The notes beneath the pieces are model-generated. The model saw nothing but the letters and a program-made list of their open reading frames with translations. It searched no databases and had not been told where the DNA came from. Position numbers and translations under genes: made by a program. This document shows, piece by piece, positions 33,463 to 45,496 of a DNA stretch of 45,496 nucleotides (position 1 is the stretch's first letter; each line of letters opens with the position of its first letter). Source of the stretch: Dimorphilus gyrociliatus (Eukaryota; Animalia; Annelida); contig CAJFCJ010000088.1 in NCBI GenBank assembly GCA_904063045.1, positions 1 through 45,496 on the forward strand. Reading direction: 5' to 3'.

Positions 33463-36400
33463 CTATTGAAATGATTCCACCTTTTGTTCTGCATAGTTTA
33501 CAACTAGACGAGTCTTCTTCTCAATTAAAAGGACAGTTTCTCCAGTTTCTGATTGGTGCCGCATAGTATATCTTAAATTAGATGGATCATATATGTGTTT
33601 GTTTATTGTCTCAATAGCTTCTCTAACATCATCAGACACATCATCAGGCATTAAATATCTTAAATTATGACTGTATGAATTCTCTGAAGACTTTAGGAAG
33701 TTGAGAGATTTAAGAGCCTTTTCACAAGCCTGGAATTATGTGTTTATTACATTTTTGACATTGGCAAAAATTAAGATTTAAAAAAAAGATAATAATACAA
33801 ACTTGATGACATTTATATAATGCCCATCTGCTTTTTGTATAATCACTTGGAACTGCTTGTAAGTCATCCTTTGCTAATTCAATATATTGCTTTGCACAAA
33901 ATGGGCTTGGATATGAGCTGGAATTTCTCGATACAGATTTGAACATTGCTTGTGCCTTTATTCTTTCTCTTACAGTAATTTCCAGTTTTCTTTATAAAAA
34001 AAATAATAGAATAATCAGACAAATAATCAAAAACTACTTAAAGTTGTTACTTACTCTTCGATAAATTGTATTACTTCTGGTGTAAAATTAGTCAGTACAA
34101 TGTCATAAATAGTTGCTTTCATATCAATGCATTTATCTTTGTACTTGTCTTCATGTTTTTCTTCCAACCAGTTGAAGAATATTTCAATTATACACTGATA
34201 TAAAAACAACAACAACATTAACAATTGATTTTAATTTCATTGGCAAGCCAAAACAAAAACACATACCTTTTTTTGTACTTCTACATCAAATTGTTTTAAT
34301 GATAGTAGATCTCTTTCTATTGAAGTCTTATTACAATTCATTACATAATATTCAATTTTTCCTTTATTATTATCAGTGTTGGTGTAAAATAGATCATATC
34401 CTTTTGCTTTTATATACCTTTGTGGTTGATATTCAATAGTGTATTCATTATTCCAGATGTTGTCTTCATCAATTGAAACAATTTCAATTATCTGACAAAC
34501 TCGAAATATAGCTTTGTATTGTTCATTAGTAATATTTGTAGCCAAGAAACTATTTAGACTGGTTGTTTCCTGAAATATGACCAATTCATTTATTTCAAAT
34601 TTTAATTTTAGGAGAAATAGGCCTAAAATCTCTCCTTCAAGCAAAATTTGACCAGGAATAGAATCATTTTCTGCACATTTTTGCATAGTGAAATTCTTGT
34701 TATCTAATATTTTTGGTATATCATTAATATTATGAGTATAAAGACAATTGAAAAGAACTTCAATAACTCTTTCATTATCTTCTAACAAATCAAACAATAG
34801 ACGATCAGCTAACTCTTTGGCCTGTTCTCTCCTATCATTTTCCAATATATCATTTTTAATATCCATATTTAGATAAAATACAATCTGCTCTTTAGTTTTG
34901 TTTTCAATAAAGTAGTTGGAGTTTACAATATGATTTTCACTTTTAAAACTCAATGAAATATTCAGATTTGACACTAATTTCATTTCAATATTTGTTAATC
35001 TTTTTAGATATCTTTCTTTAACATTTTCAAGTCCAATTTGACAAATCATTGAAATCAGAGCTGTTTTTAATGGCATAGATCTCAAACGACTTTTCCAAAA
35101 ACTTCCAACACAGCTGTTTTGTATATTAAATTGAGACTCTTTAAAATTTTCAATCTTTTTTTCAACAACTTCAGACAAAATTTTTGGCCAAAATGTTTTA
35201 ATCCAATTATAAAAGAACAGTTTTGATGAAATCAAGTCGAAGCATTCAATAGAATTATGCTTTATCAGTTTTTCTTCGAATTGTTCCTGTAGTTGTATAT
35301 CAATAAAATAAAGTTGCTGAGAAGGTTTCAGAAAGTAATTGCCATTGTTTCCTTGCGTTATCAGATACAGTTGAGATTCAATTTCATCAATTTTTTTTGT
35401 TTGAATCATGCATTGAAGATGTTTTATTATTAATTTAACTGCACATAATTGTTTTTCATTTAAAGGAGCATTATGCTGATTAGTATCTTTATAAATTTCA
35501 CTCAGAATGTTACATAAGCCTTGAGGGTTAATCTTTTTCATTAATCCTATTTTATGTAAGAATTGTTGATGTTCAAATAAGTATTCAGGTCTCTTATAGA
35601 AATATCCAGGAATATCGTATAATATACTTTGATCTTCGTGCAAACTCTGTATTTTGACCATATCAACTAATTTACTATAATCATCGTTGAAAATTGGTAC
35701 TTGTAGAATATTTATAACATTTTCTATTGGTTCCTTAGTCTTAGCTAAATATTTTAAAATATATTTGTATATTTCAATGCTTGTCTTTACTTTATTACAA
35801 TTGTTTTCTATTTCTATTTCTTTCCTTAAAATTTCATTTAAACTTTGCAGGTTTGATTGAAAATCTGCAATAGAAACTTTATGTTTAACACGAAATTTTT
35901 CAAGAATTGAAAAATTAGTTAAAGGAAGTATGGTGATTTGGGGAAGCATATGAAAAGCTATCCAAAACAATGCATATTTCTCCTCATGACAATTTAAATA
36001 TGAATTTTTGATTGGAATTAAACATTCCGCTGATTTGCTCAAGTCTTTATATTCATTTTTAACTTCACAAGGATAAATAAAGGGATAATTAATAATTTTT
36101 TCCAACTGATCATCAGTCCATTCAGATAAATCATTGTCAAAAAGATATTGAAGTATCTGCACATCATATCCTTCTTTTGGATGTTTTGCAGCTATTTGAC
36201 AGAATTTCAAGCAAATTTCAGCTGTGATAATCTCATTCATTCCTAAAGCAATCAAAAGATTCTCTATATCAAAATAAGGATTCTTATAATAAATATAAAA
36301 CTCTGTTTTTTGTAATATAAAGTTTTTATAAATTGGAATTCTTTTAAAATCAAACATCTTTTCAAAATTACTAAAATTCATACTAAACGTATCCGATGGT

Positions 36401-37119
36401 TTTCTATATTCTCCATCTAAACATTGAACAAATTCAATGGATTCTAGAGTTTTAGTGTCATACTTATGTTTTTTCTTCTTCAGTTCCGGTTTCAGACAGT
36501 CTGATAATTTTTCTAGGTATTGAACTTGCTGTTCTGTTGTAAAATTCTTGAAATGTTTTAAAATATATTTTTCAAAGAAGTAGACTTGTGAAACAAGCTT
36601 GGCTTCATCTTGAAGTAAAAATTTTCCAATATAAGAATCCTTGTATATTTTATAGTCTAGAATTTCAATATTATCATTAGATTTCCACAAATTATCATTT
36701 GTAAAGTCAGAACTCAAACTATTGTCCAAGAAATAAATAATCTTATTATTTAAAGATATAAATTTGTTATCAATTGTTTTAAAAATTGGTAAATGAAGTA
36801 GCTTTTTATTACAATTCTCTTCTTCAAGTTTTAAAAGCCCACAAAATATATTATTTAAATGTTTTTTTTCCAACTTTTCATAATTTAGTTTTGGTAAAAT
36901 ATTTCCATCATATAATGTTAAACACAATATAAAATCAGAAGTGTTATGATAACTGGAAAAAATGAAATTTTGAAAATTTTGTAAAAGTTTCACTAAAATC
37001 TCATTGTTGATTGGTTGAAAAATATTTAAATTTTTAATTATTTCATAATTTTCAACACAAATTGCTCTACCATACTTTATGCCAATAATGTAACTTTTGT
37101 CTGCCGATTCACAAGGTAG
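33463..37119 (-). CDS. Sacsin-like protein, C-terminal part with HEPN domain, interrupted by the copy 3 LTR
   Basis: About 960-aa open exon, then small exons: PSPFCAKQYIELAKDDLQAV...WALYKCHQ | 73-bp GT-AG intron 33730-33802 | ACEKALK...SHNLRYL...LRY. This matches the sacsin HEPN pattern. Orthology to SACS is not established. Confidence 0.7.
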
Positions 37120-37754
37120 TGTACAACTTTGGTTATATTTTACATGCTTGAACTCTATTATTTTATGCAACATATACATGTACATCTTAAAACCTACGCA
37201 AGAAAATGCTATAACATTGGCCAAACATAAGTCTGATTAGTCAGCTTGAAGGTTCATCTTTAATTACCAATAAAGGTTTGGCCAAGTTATAATTTAATTA
37301 ACTTGCCTAGGGTGTGGCCAAGTTATAATTCAATTAACCTTCCTAAATGTTGAACCTTGTAACATCCTGTTACTAAAGATAAATATGAACTACACATTTC
37401 GGCAACTGTAAAGTGATGATTGGATGTCAGAGACAAACCTCAAAGTATATAAATCCTCATTATTCTCATTTGGCATGCAGCTTCCATCTGGACCCAAGGA
37501 CCTGGGAAAATCATCTGGAAACAACCTCCACTGGAACCTTCCATCTACTCCTCAACATTGGAAGACAGTTTGGTAATTTGGCAACCTGCTATTACAAACT
37601 ATCTACTCTGCTATTGAACTCTCATATTGTTACTTGCTTAAGTATTATTATTGCGAATAAACCATTTTAATTTAAACATTTGTTTAAAGGTTCGAGTAGA
37701 ACCAGTATTGTTATAACTTGCAAACGCATAGATTTTGCCAGCAAGAGCAGTACA
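37120..37754 (+). repeat. 5' LTR of copy 3 (635 bp)
   Basis: Appears identical to the 3' LTR of copy 2. Confidence 0.97.
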
Positions 37755-37758
37755 AATT

Positions 37759-37776
37759 TGGCGCAGTCGACAGGAT
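37759..37776 (+). promoter_or_regulatory. Primer binding site (tRNA-Ser type)
   Basis: TGGCGCAGTCGACAGGAT. Confidence 0.8.
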
Positions 37777-37814
37777 ATTCTTTTGGTTTATTCAAAAGTT
37801 TTGAGAAAGTAAAT

Positions 37815-40800
37815 ATGGCAGAAGAAGGAAATGGAAACGCCACTGGGGCAGTTACAGACTCTAACCCTTCAACCCCAGCAACTCCAACAATTACAATTCA
37901 GCCAGCAGGAATGTCAGAAAGGCAACAAAGACTAATTGAAGACTATGATAGATTGGTGAGTGAAATGAAAAGAAATCGAATCACAATTCCAACAGATCAT
38001 GGAGATGGAACACATCACCCAGCACAGAACCCAAATGTTGATATCACAACAGTAATTCAAGCATTAAGGGCTGCTTGGGACCGCCCTCAAAGAACTATTC
38101 TCAAGTTGTATGATGGAAGCAAGGAGTGTTCAAAATTCAAAGAAGACTTTAATCAGGCATGTTATGCTTATGGTTGGATAGGAGAAGATGTTGTGAAAGC
38201 AAATCTTTTAGATTATTTAACTGGTCCTGCAAAGGATTTGGTGTTGGCTCTGGATGGAGAGCCTACTGTGGAGGAAATATGGAAAGCCCTCCATGACGAA
38301 TTTGATCTAGATCCTTTGGAGTATCAGGAGAAATTGCTTAACTTAAAGCAAATGAATGGCGAAAGTGTGGTTCAGTTTGTTAATAGAGCAAAGAAATTGA
38401 TAAAGAGGTTTTCTCCACCTAGACCAATGGAACCACAATTGCTTGCAACTATGAAAGAAATAAAACTGATGGAAGTTTTACAAAGAGGATTACAACAGGA
38501 TATTCTACATTTAGTGTACACCTTACATCCTAAATGTCAAACATTGGCAGAACTATATGAGGCTGCTAAGCAAGCAGAAACTTCATTAAAACTAACTCAA
38601 AGAAAACCGATCACAATGGTGTCAAAATTGGAAACTCAACAAAGAAAAGAGACCAAAAAGACCCAGGTAATCAGAAAAGATGCTTCTACAGAAACCCCAA
38701 ATTTCTGGAATAGAAAGCATGTACCTGACAACAAAAATGCTACTAAAGAAAAGTTTTCAAGCCAAAAAGTCCAAAAGTATGCACCAACTACAACAAATAG
38801 GTATTATAAGAAAAATCAACCAGCAAAGACAATACTGAAAGAGGAACCTAAGCTACAAAAATTAGAAACATTAGACAATGAAAGCATGTCAGAAAACGAC
38901 GAAGTTCAAGATATTCTCTGTTTTTCAGATAGTGATGAATCCACTTGTCAGCTGTTACAAAGCAAACAATCTGAGCGAAATGCTTCAACATTTATTGGAC
39001 AATTTGAAACTAATACAGGTTTTAAGTTTGATGCCTTGATAGACTCTGGTAGTGACAGATCTTTCATTTCAAAAAAGGTATTAAGACAAGTTCAAGGAAA
39101 AGCATCCTTCCCAGAACAAACTGTGAAAAATGCTAGAGATGCTTCAGGAAATAGCATCGAGATATGTGGAGAAATCATTCTCAGACTTTATTTTAATGAA
39201 AAGATTATTAAACAACGCTTTCTGATCAACAAAATCATTACACAACAATGTATTATTGGGTGTGACTTTCTACAACAAAATGGAGCTACCCTTGACTTTG
39301 GCAAGAGACAGATTATACTCCAGCCAGGTACAGAAAAGAATTACCCTGTTGGAACACAACACTTATCTTTCAAAGGGTTTTACCCAGTTCCTCTTATTAT
39401 GAAAAAGAATGAGAGTCAAATACATACCCTTCAGACAACAATTGAACAAGAAAATCCCGAGATGAAGAACAAAGTTACCCAAATTCTGGCAAAATATAAA
39501 GAAACTATTGCAGAAGACAGATTTGATATTGGCAATCCAGAGGTACCACCCTTGGAAATAACTCTTGAACCAGGTTCAACACCATATAGACAAAGGCCAT
39601 ATAGAATGCCTCCTCAAAAACAAGAAGAATGTAAGCAACAGATAGCTGAATTGGTAAAAAGCAAAGTTATTCAACCAAGCAAGAGCAATTGGGCTTCACC
39701 AATTGTTTTCGTAAGAAAGAAGGAAGGTAGTCTACGAATGTGTGTAGATTATAGAAAACTAAACAAAATGACAGTTAAAAACAAGTATCCACTGCCAAAT
39801 CAAGATGATCTTTTTGACCATTTGGGAGGAGGAAATAAATTCTTTTCTACAATGGATTTGACAAGTGCATACCACCACATTAACATCAAGAAAGAAGATA
39901 GGTCTAAAACAGCATTTATTACACCTTTTGGCTTGTTTGAATTTATTAAGATGCCTTTTGGATTAACCAATGCCCCTCCTCATTTTAGTTATGTAATGAA
40001 TTCATTTGTGCTAAAGGATGTAAAGCATTTGTGCCTAAACTACCTTGATGACATAATAATATTTACCAAGTCGCTGGACCAACATTGGGAAGCATTGGAG
40101 ACCATTCTTCAACAGATTCAAAAGTACAATTTTAAGATTAAACTAAGTAAATGTGTGTTTTTGAAAGAACAAGTTCAATTCTTGGGACACATTGTATCAG
40201 AAAAGGGGATTGAAACAGATAAGTCCAAGACAGATAAATTATATAATTTACAGCCACCAGTGTTTGCAAATTCACTACTAAGCTTTGTTGCATTTTGTGG
40301 CTATTACAGAAAATTTATACAAGATTTTGCAAGAGTAGCTAAACCTCTGTATATGTTAATGAAACTACATGGGAAAAAGGATAAATTGCAATGGACTGAG
40401 GAAGCCAAGCAATCATTTTTCAAGTTGAGAGATGCAGTAGTTAACCCTCCTGTATTACAACTACCTGATTTTGCTAAAGATTTTCACTTAACAACAGATG
40501 CATCGAATGTAGCTGTAGGAGGAGTTCTTGAACAAGTTTATGTAGATGAGAATGGGAAGAAAACAATGAAACCCATTGCCTACGCTTCAAAACAATTCAA
40601 CAATAATCAAATGAAATATGCAGCCTATCAAAAGGAAGCATTTGGGTTTACTGGGTTGTAAAGAAATTTTTACATTACCTTCAAGACAAGCCATTCTTTT
40701 TATATACTGACCATCAGAGTCTAGTACAAACATTTAAGCAAAACAAATTGAATGTCAGCACAGCAAAATGGGTCATGGCTTTAATGGATTTAAAATTTAC

Positions 40801-42280
40801 AATTAACTATGTGACAGGACGAAAAAATAGAGCAGATGCATTAACAAGATTAGAAGAATATACACCCCCAAGGAAAGTAACATTTGAAGAAGCTAATTCA
40901 TGGAAAGATCAAAAAGGAGAATTCTCCCTCTATTTCAGTTAAAATGGAACAGTATGAACATACACCAGAGTTAACTTTTGTAGCTACCAGTGATAACAGT
41001 GAAGAGAAAATTGATTTGTCTTCTGTTGACTTACAGTCAGAGCAAGAAAAAGATGTGAATTTAAAATCAATTAAAGAATATTTAACATTGGGATGGTCAG
41101 CTACCTATTCCTTATTTTGGAACTTTTACACCTTTCATAATGGAGATGTTTGTTCACAAGGAAATGATCTGGATTATCCTTGAAGAAAGAAACATTCTGG
41201 TTTTACCTGACCATTTGATGCTAACTCTGCTCCCTAAATTCCATAAAAATAAAATTCACAATCACCATGGACCCAGAATGACATTACAAATAATTACAAA
41301 GACCTTTTGGCACCCAAAATTAAAGATTATGATTGAGAATTCAATAAAGGATTGCACTTTGTGTGAACAAATGAATGGTAGGAGTAGAGTATACCCTTTG
41401 GTAGAAACCTTTCACCCTGCATCACCAATGGAGTTGGTAGCCATGGATATAATGGGACCCTTACCCATGGTTAAGTCATACAGATTCATACTTGTGATAG
41501 TGGATCATTTCAGTAGATACACAGTTTTATATGCACTCAAACAGCAAACCAGTAAAGAAATTGCAAACCTTCTTTTCAACAGATTTTTTCCCATTTTTGG
41601 AATTCCAAAACAAATGTTGACAGATCAAGGAAGAAACTTTGTTGGTAAAGCTTTTAAAGAGTTTATGAAGGTATTAGGTATTGAGAAAATCCAAACAACA
41701 GCTTATAGAAGCCAGAGCAATGGACTAGTTGAACGAAGAAATAGAGAAGTGAGGAAGGAAATCAATAAATTAGTGGTGGAAGAAAATCAGCATAACTGGG
41801 TTGCAAACCTACCCTTGATTCAAGCATTTTTGAATCAATCACCTGTAGGAAGTACAAGACTACCACCCCAGGAACTTCTTTTGGCACCAGCACAAGAACA
41901 CTGATTGATGTAACAATGCATACTACCTCTCCTGAAACAAATGTACTATTTGTATTCAATCACCAGCAGCAATTAGTACAGTTAAGAGCTACAGCCTTCT
42001 GTAAATCCATCATGGCAAAAGAACAATATAGGGAAAGAAAGAATAGAATCTCAATCTTCCAAAATATTTTGAGGTTGATGATGAAGTATTCTTAAGAAAT
42101 GATGCTGCAAGAATTGCAATAACAAAAATCCCTTCTTTAAAATGGTTAGGCCCATACCGAATAACAAAAGTCAATCATCAAAAGTGGATATATGAAATAC
42201 AAATGGATGATAATACATGCAAGTTGGTACATGGTAGCAGATTAAGACTAGCCAATGAATCTAATAAGTTGGAAACAGGA
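37815..42280 (+). CDS. gag-pol: gag-pol of copy 3 (open to 40661, then 1-nt indels)
   Basis: Uninterrupted CA-PR-RT and start of RNase H, followed by IN motifs in shifted frames. Confidence 0.93.
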
Positions 42281-45200
42281 AAGAAGCAACAACAATCTTT
42301 CACCTTGTGGAGAAGGAAATAACACACCTCCAATATCTTTCTCAGGTAGAAGGAAGAAATGACTTCCAATTCCGTTTGAAGAATCAAAAAGGCCAAGAAG
42401 TCATTGCCTTGTGTGACACAGGAGCATTGAGATCCTTTATTACTGAAAAAGAAATCAAGTTAATGGATGTTACAATTATGGATAAAGAAACAATTGGCTT
42501 ACCAATTATAACTTCAGCTGATGGGAAAGCTTTAAAGCAAAAAGGAAGCGTAAAGCTGAATATCCAATTTGCTGGAGAAAGTATGGAACAAGAATTTATA
42601 GTTATGGAAAATCTAGACATAGCAATAATACTTGGTTGTGATTTCCTACAAACTGTGGAGCAAACCTCAATTTTGAAGCTAAACAGTGTTCTCTCAAATT
42701 TGATAGAAGGAAAGGAACCTGGCTGAAAGAATAAGGCAACCTCAACTAAACAAAGTCACTATAGCCATGATGGGACAGCATGACTCTTCATCAGAAATTC
42801 AGATAGTGATGACTCAGAGATGGAAGTTACTAATTCTGATACTGGTTATGACACAAGCAATACTTTCAAAACAGACAGTAATTACAGTCTCAATGAACCT
42901 TCAAGCTCATCTGAAAGTGATGACACAGAAACAAATAATGAACTGGATCAAAATACAGATTCAGAGGCAAACATTATCTCTGATAGAGAAGATGAAATAT
43001 CTAGTTCAGACGAATGAGTCAATAATTATTGAAAGCAAATTATTGATATAACCCATTCGGATAATGAGTCAATAATTATTGAAGGTGAAATTATTGACAT
43101 AACCCATTCAGATAATGAGTCCCTCATAGTGGTAGATTCATCCCAAGATGAGAAAGAAAATACAAGTGACACAGACAATGAGTCAGTCATATTTTTAGAT
43201 GAGACTAAAATCATCTCTGAACAATTAGATTCCCAACAAGAAGTGGAACCACAATATATAGAGTTAGAAGATGGAATAACTATCAGAGTGGAACAACAAC
43301 ACAAAATTTTCAACCATTCAACTATAGCCAACACAGGAAGAGCTAACATGAAACAGATGTTGTGGCTTCCACTAGTGATGACTGTAATGGTGATCTGTGG
43401 CTGCATCCACTCAATAACAGTCCCAAAACCATCCTACCAAGGTGCCCATGTTACAAGTGCAAACATTACCTTAACATTTAAACCACCGTTATACTTTTGT
43501 TCTAACCAACTACCAAGCCAGGCATTTGATCTAGCAGATGAGCCAACTTGTAATATAGAATCACAAGAAACCAAGACAATTACAGCTGATATCTATGAAT
43601 TGAACTTGGAAGAAATTGAAACAAGAGCAGTAAAATGTCAAGTGTATCTAAGAACTAATTTTTACACTTACTATTTCTTTGGAGCAAAGAAGAGGAGGAT
43701 TGTTAACTCAGTTATCAAAGTAACTCATGATCAATGCAGACAGATGATAAAAGACAAACGATCTTTTCAAGGAAAACCTTTAATGGTGAAAAGAAACACT
43801 TGGATCCACCAAGATCAGTTTCCTGCTGCCTACACATGGCCAACAACACCAAGGTGCTGGAATACACCACAATTATCCAGTTTGGCAAAGCATATTGGCA
43901 ACCTCCTAATATGAAAATTACAACTAATCTGGACTACCTGGAAGATTGTTTACCAGGGCAGTCCTATTGTGAACAGAAGAGGCAATTATTGTCTTTAGAA
44001 CCTCAAGAATAATTACACACTTGGGCAACAATCACCATGGATAAAAATTAGCAACAGAATTAGTTGTATCAAATTTGCTGGTCACTATTCTTGTCCAGGG
44101 TATTCTATTCTGGACATCCCTTATCAAGATAAGTTTATTGATGGAATTGGTGGTCCTGGAACAAAAGTACTAGTACCACTGGAGGAACAGAGTTTAATAC
44201 AGGAAACAAGCAAGGAACACCTATACAATTTGCTACAATATCAGAAGATTGGCAAAAATGAAGAAAAACGACTATTAAACTATCCCAATAAAGTTAAAGA
44301 ACAAATTATACTATACAAGCGAAACAACCCCTTACCAAGTCTTAACCAATGGTACAGAGAAACAAACACAAAGTATAAACTAATGAGAAATAAAGGCACA
44401 CTCAAGGAAGTTGTGATATATCATCTACAACAACCCATTAGTCCATCTTACTGGGAGCTGGATAACTATTATATCCAAGAAATGCTGCAAGCAGTCAATT
44501 GGACAAGGGCAACAAGACAATCTGTCACGATTTCAAAATATGTATACAGTGAGAAAAGAATCAAAAAGAAGGTATTACCAACATTGGGCATATGGTATAA
44601 AGGACCACCAGCCAGAGAATTTAAGATTACCTATGAAGGAATTTATTTTACTCTACACATGAGAATGGCTAAAAAGCAGATGAAGAAGGAAGCAAAACTG
44701 AAACATAAGATAAGTAAAAACCCATACCACAAATTCCCATTGGAAATGAGAGAAGCTGCCCAAACATCTACCTTACTACATGGTATTGATTCAAATTTTA
44801 AGAATTTAAAAAAGTTTACCCAACAGCTGTCAAGTCTTCTCTGCAATCAATTTGTTCAAAGAAGCAGAATGATGGCATTACTAGCAAATTTGGATCCTCA
44901 ATTGACCACAGTGTTAACAAATGAGTTGGGAATGCACAGTAGTCAGATGGGAGAATTAGCTATAATTAAACAATGTTCACCAATAGCCTCAACAGAAGTA
45001 GTTTGTGACTTAAGCATGATAAAAAAGAATAACAAATGTTCTCAATTTTTACTTGTCACCATGAACAACCTGCTTTTCCAAGTAGAACCAGTTACTCATG
45101 TTTTACAGCAAGTCAATCCTGAAGAGATTACCTATAATGAGTGTAAGTCTAACAAGTTATTCTACAAAACAACTCACAACCCATTAAATCCTATAAGAAA

Positions 45201-45496
45201 CCAACCAATGAAAGACAAAACGTATGTGTATTATTCAGAAAGAGGATGCAGATTTCACACTGTGTCTGCAAAATCCATGCATTACATATCCACAATCACC
45301 TTTCTGAACCAAAAATTGAAATTGCCAGATTAGCTGATCTACTCCACCATGGGTAAAGAAGGATATTGCATACCAGCACTCAAAAATTAAGCAAGTTATC
45401 AGTTCACTGGAACAGAAGCAGGCAAGTATGATAACATGGTCACTGTTGCAGAGAAAAATGGCATTGTACCCAATTTATCTGGAATTAAAAAGTTTT
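42281..45496 (+). CDS. env: PR2, acidic spacer and env of copy 3 (several indels; truncated by the window)
   Basis: ORFs 42307-42726 (DTG...GCDFL), 43129-43914 and 44230-45333 match copy 1. Confidence 0.85.

Larger units (their letters stand above)
37120..45496 (+). mobile_element. Ty3/Gypsy LTR retroelement with env, copy 3 (3' end outside the window)
   Basis: 5' LTR, PBS, gag-pol, PR2 and env. Offset of 29267 from copy 2 over the 5' part. Scattered indels after 40640. Confidence 0.97.

Noticed and set aside
40644-40650. GGGTTTA as a programmed -1 frameshift site in RNase H
   Set aside because: It is in the wrong phase (GGG TTT A rather than G GGT TTA) and lies mid-domain.
1-45496. Assigning a host species
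   Set aside because: Short introns, AT richness and gene content suggest a compact invertebrate genome, but the sequence alone does not identify it.

Overview
AT-rich eukaryotic DNA with short GT-AG introns, most likely from an invertebrate. The window is dominated by one Ty3/Gypsy-type LTR retroelement family with 635-bp TG...CA LTRs, a tRNA-Ser-type primer binding site and a polypurine tract. It is present as a 5'-truncated copy (1-5610), a full-length copy (7853-17215), a 3'-truncated copy (37120-45496) and an inverted solo LTR (25814-26448). The element's architecture is unusual. After Gag-PR-RT-RNaseH-IN it encodes a second retropepsin (DTG...GCDFL), an acidic spacer with tandem SUMO-interaction-motif-like repeats, an internal signal peptide and a class III viral-fusogen-like envelope (rhabdovirus-G-like fusion loops, gB/chuvirus-like core, C-terminal TM). 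A majority consensus of the three copies at the IN/PR2 junction (GGGAAAG) puts everything in one ORF of about 2,650 aa, although no single copy shows it intact. Between the copies are three FLYWCH/MULE transposon relics, a Tc1 (DD34E, long IR/DR-type TIRs) with a MULE nested in it, and host gene pieces: a sacsin-like/HEPN gene, a PAN+fucolectin-domain gene, a small GPI-anchor-like protein and an LGR-like GPCR fragment. Caveats: homopolymer indels that differ between copies, two N-joined duplications and the lack of matching target-site duplications suggest assembly error or chimerism. All alignments were done by eye; no searches were run.
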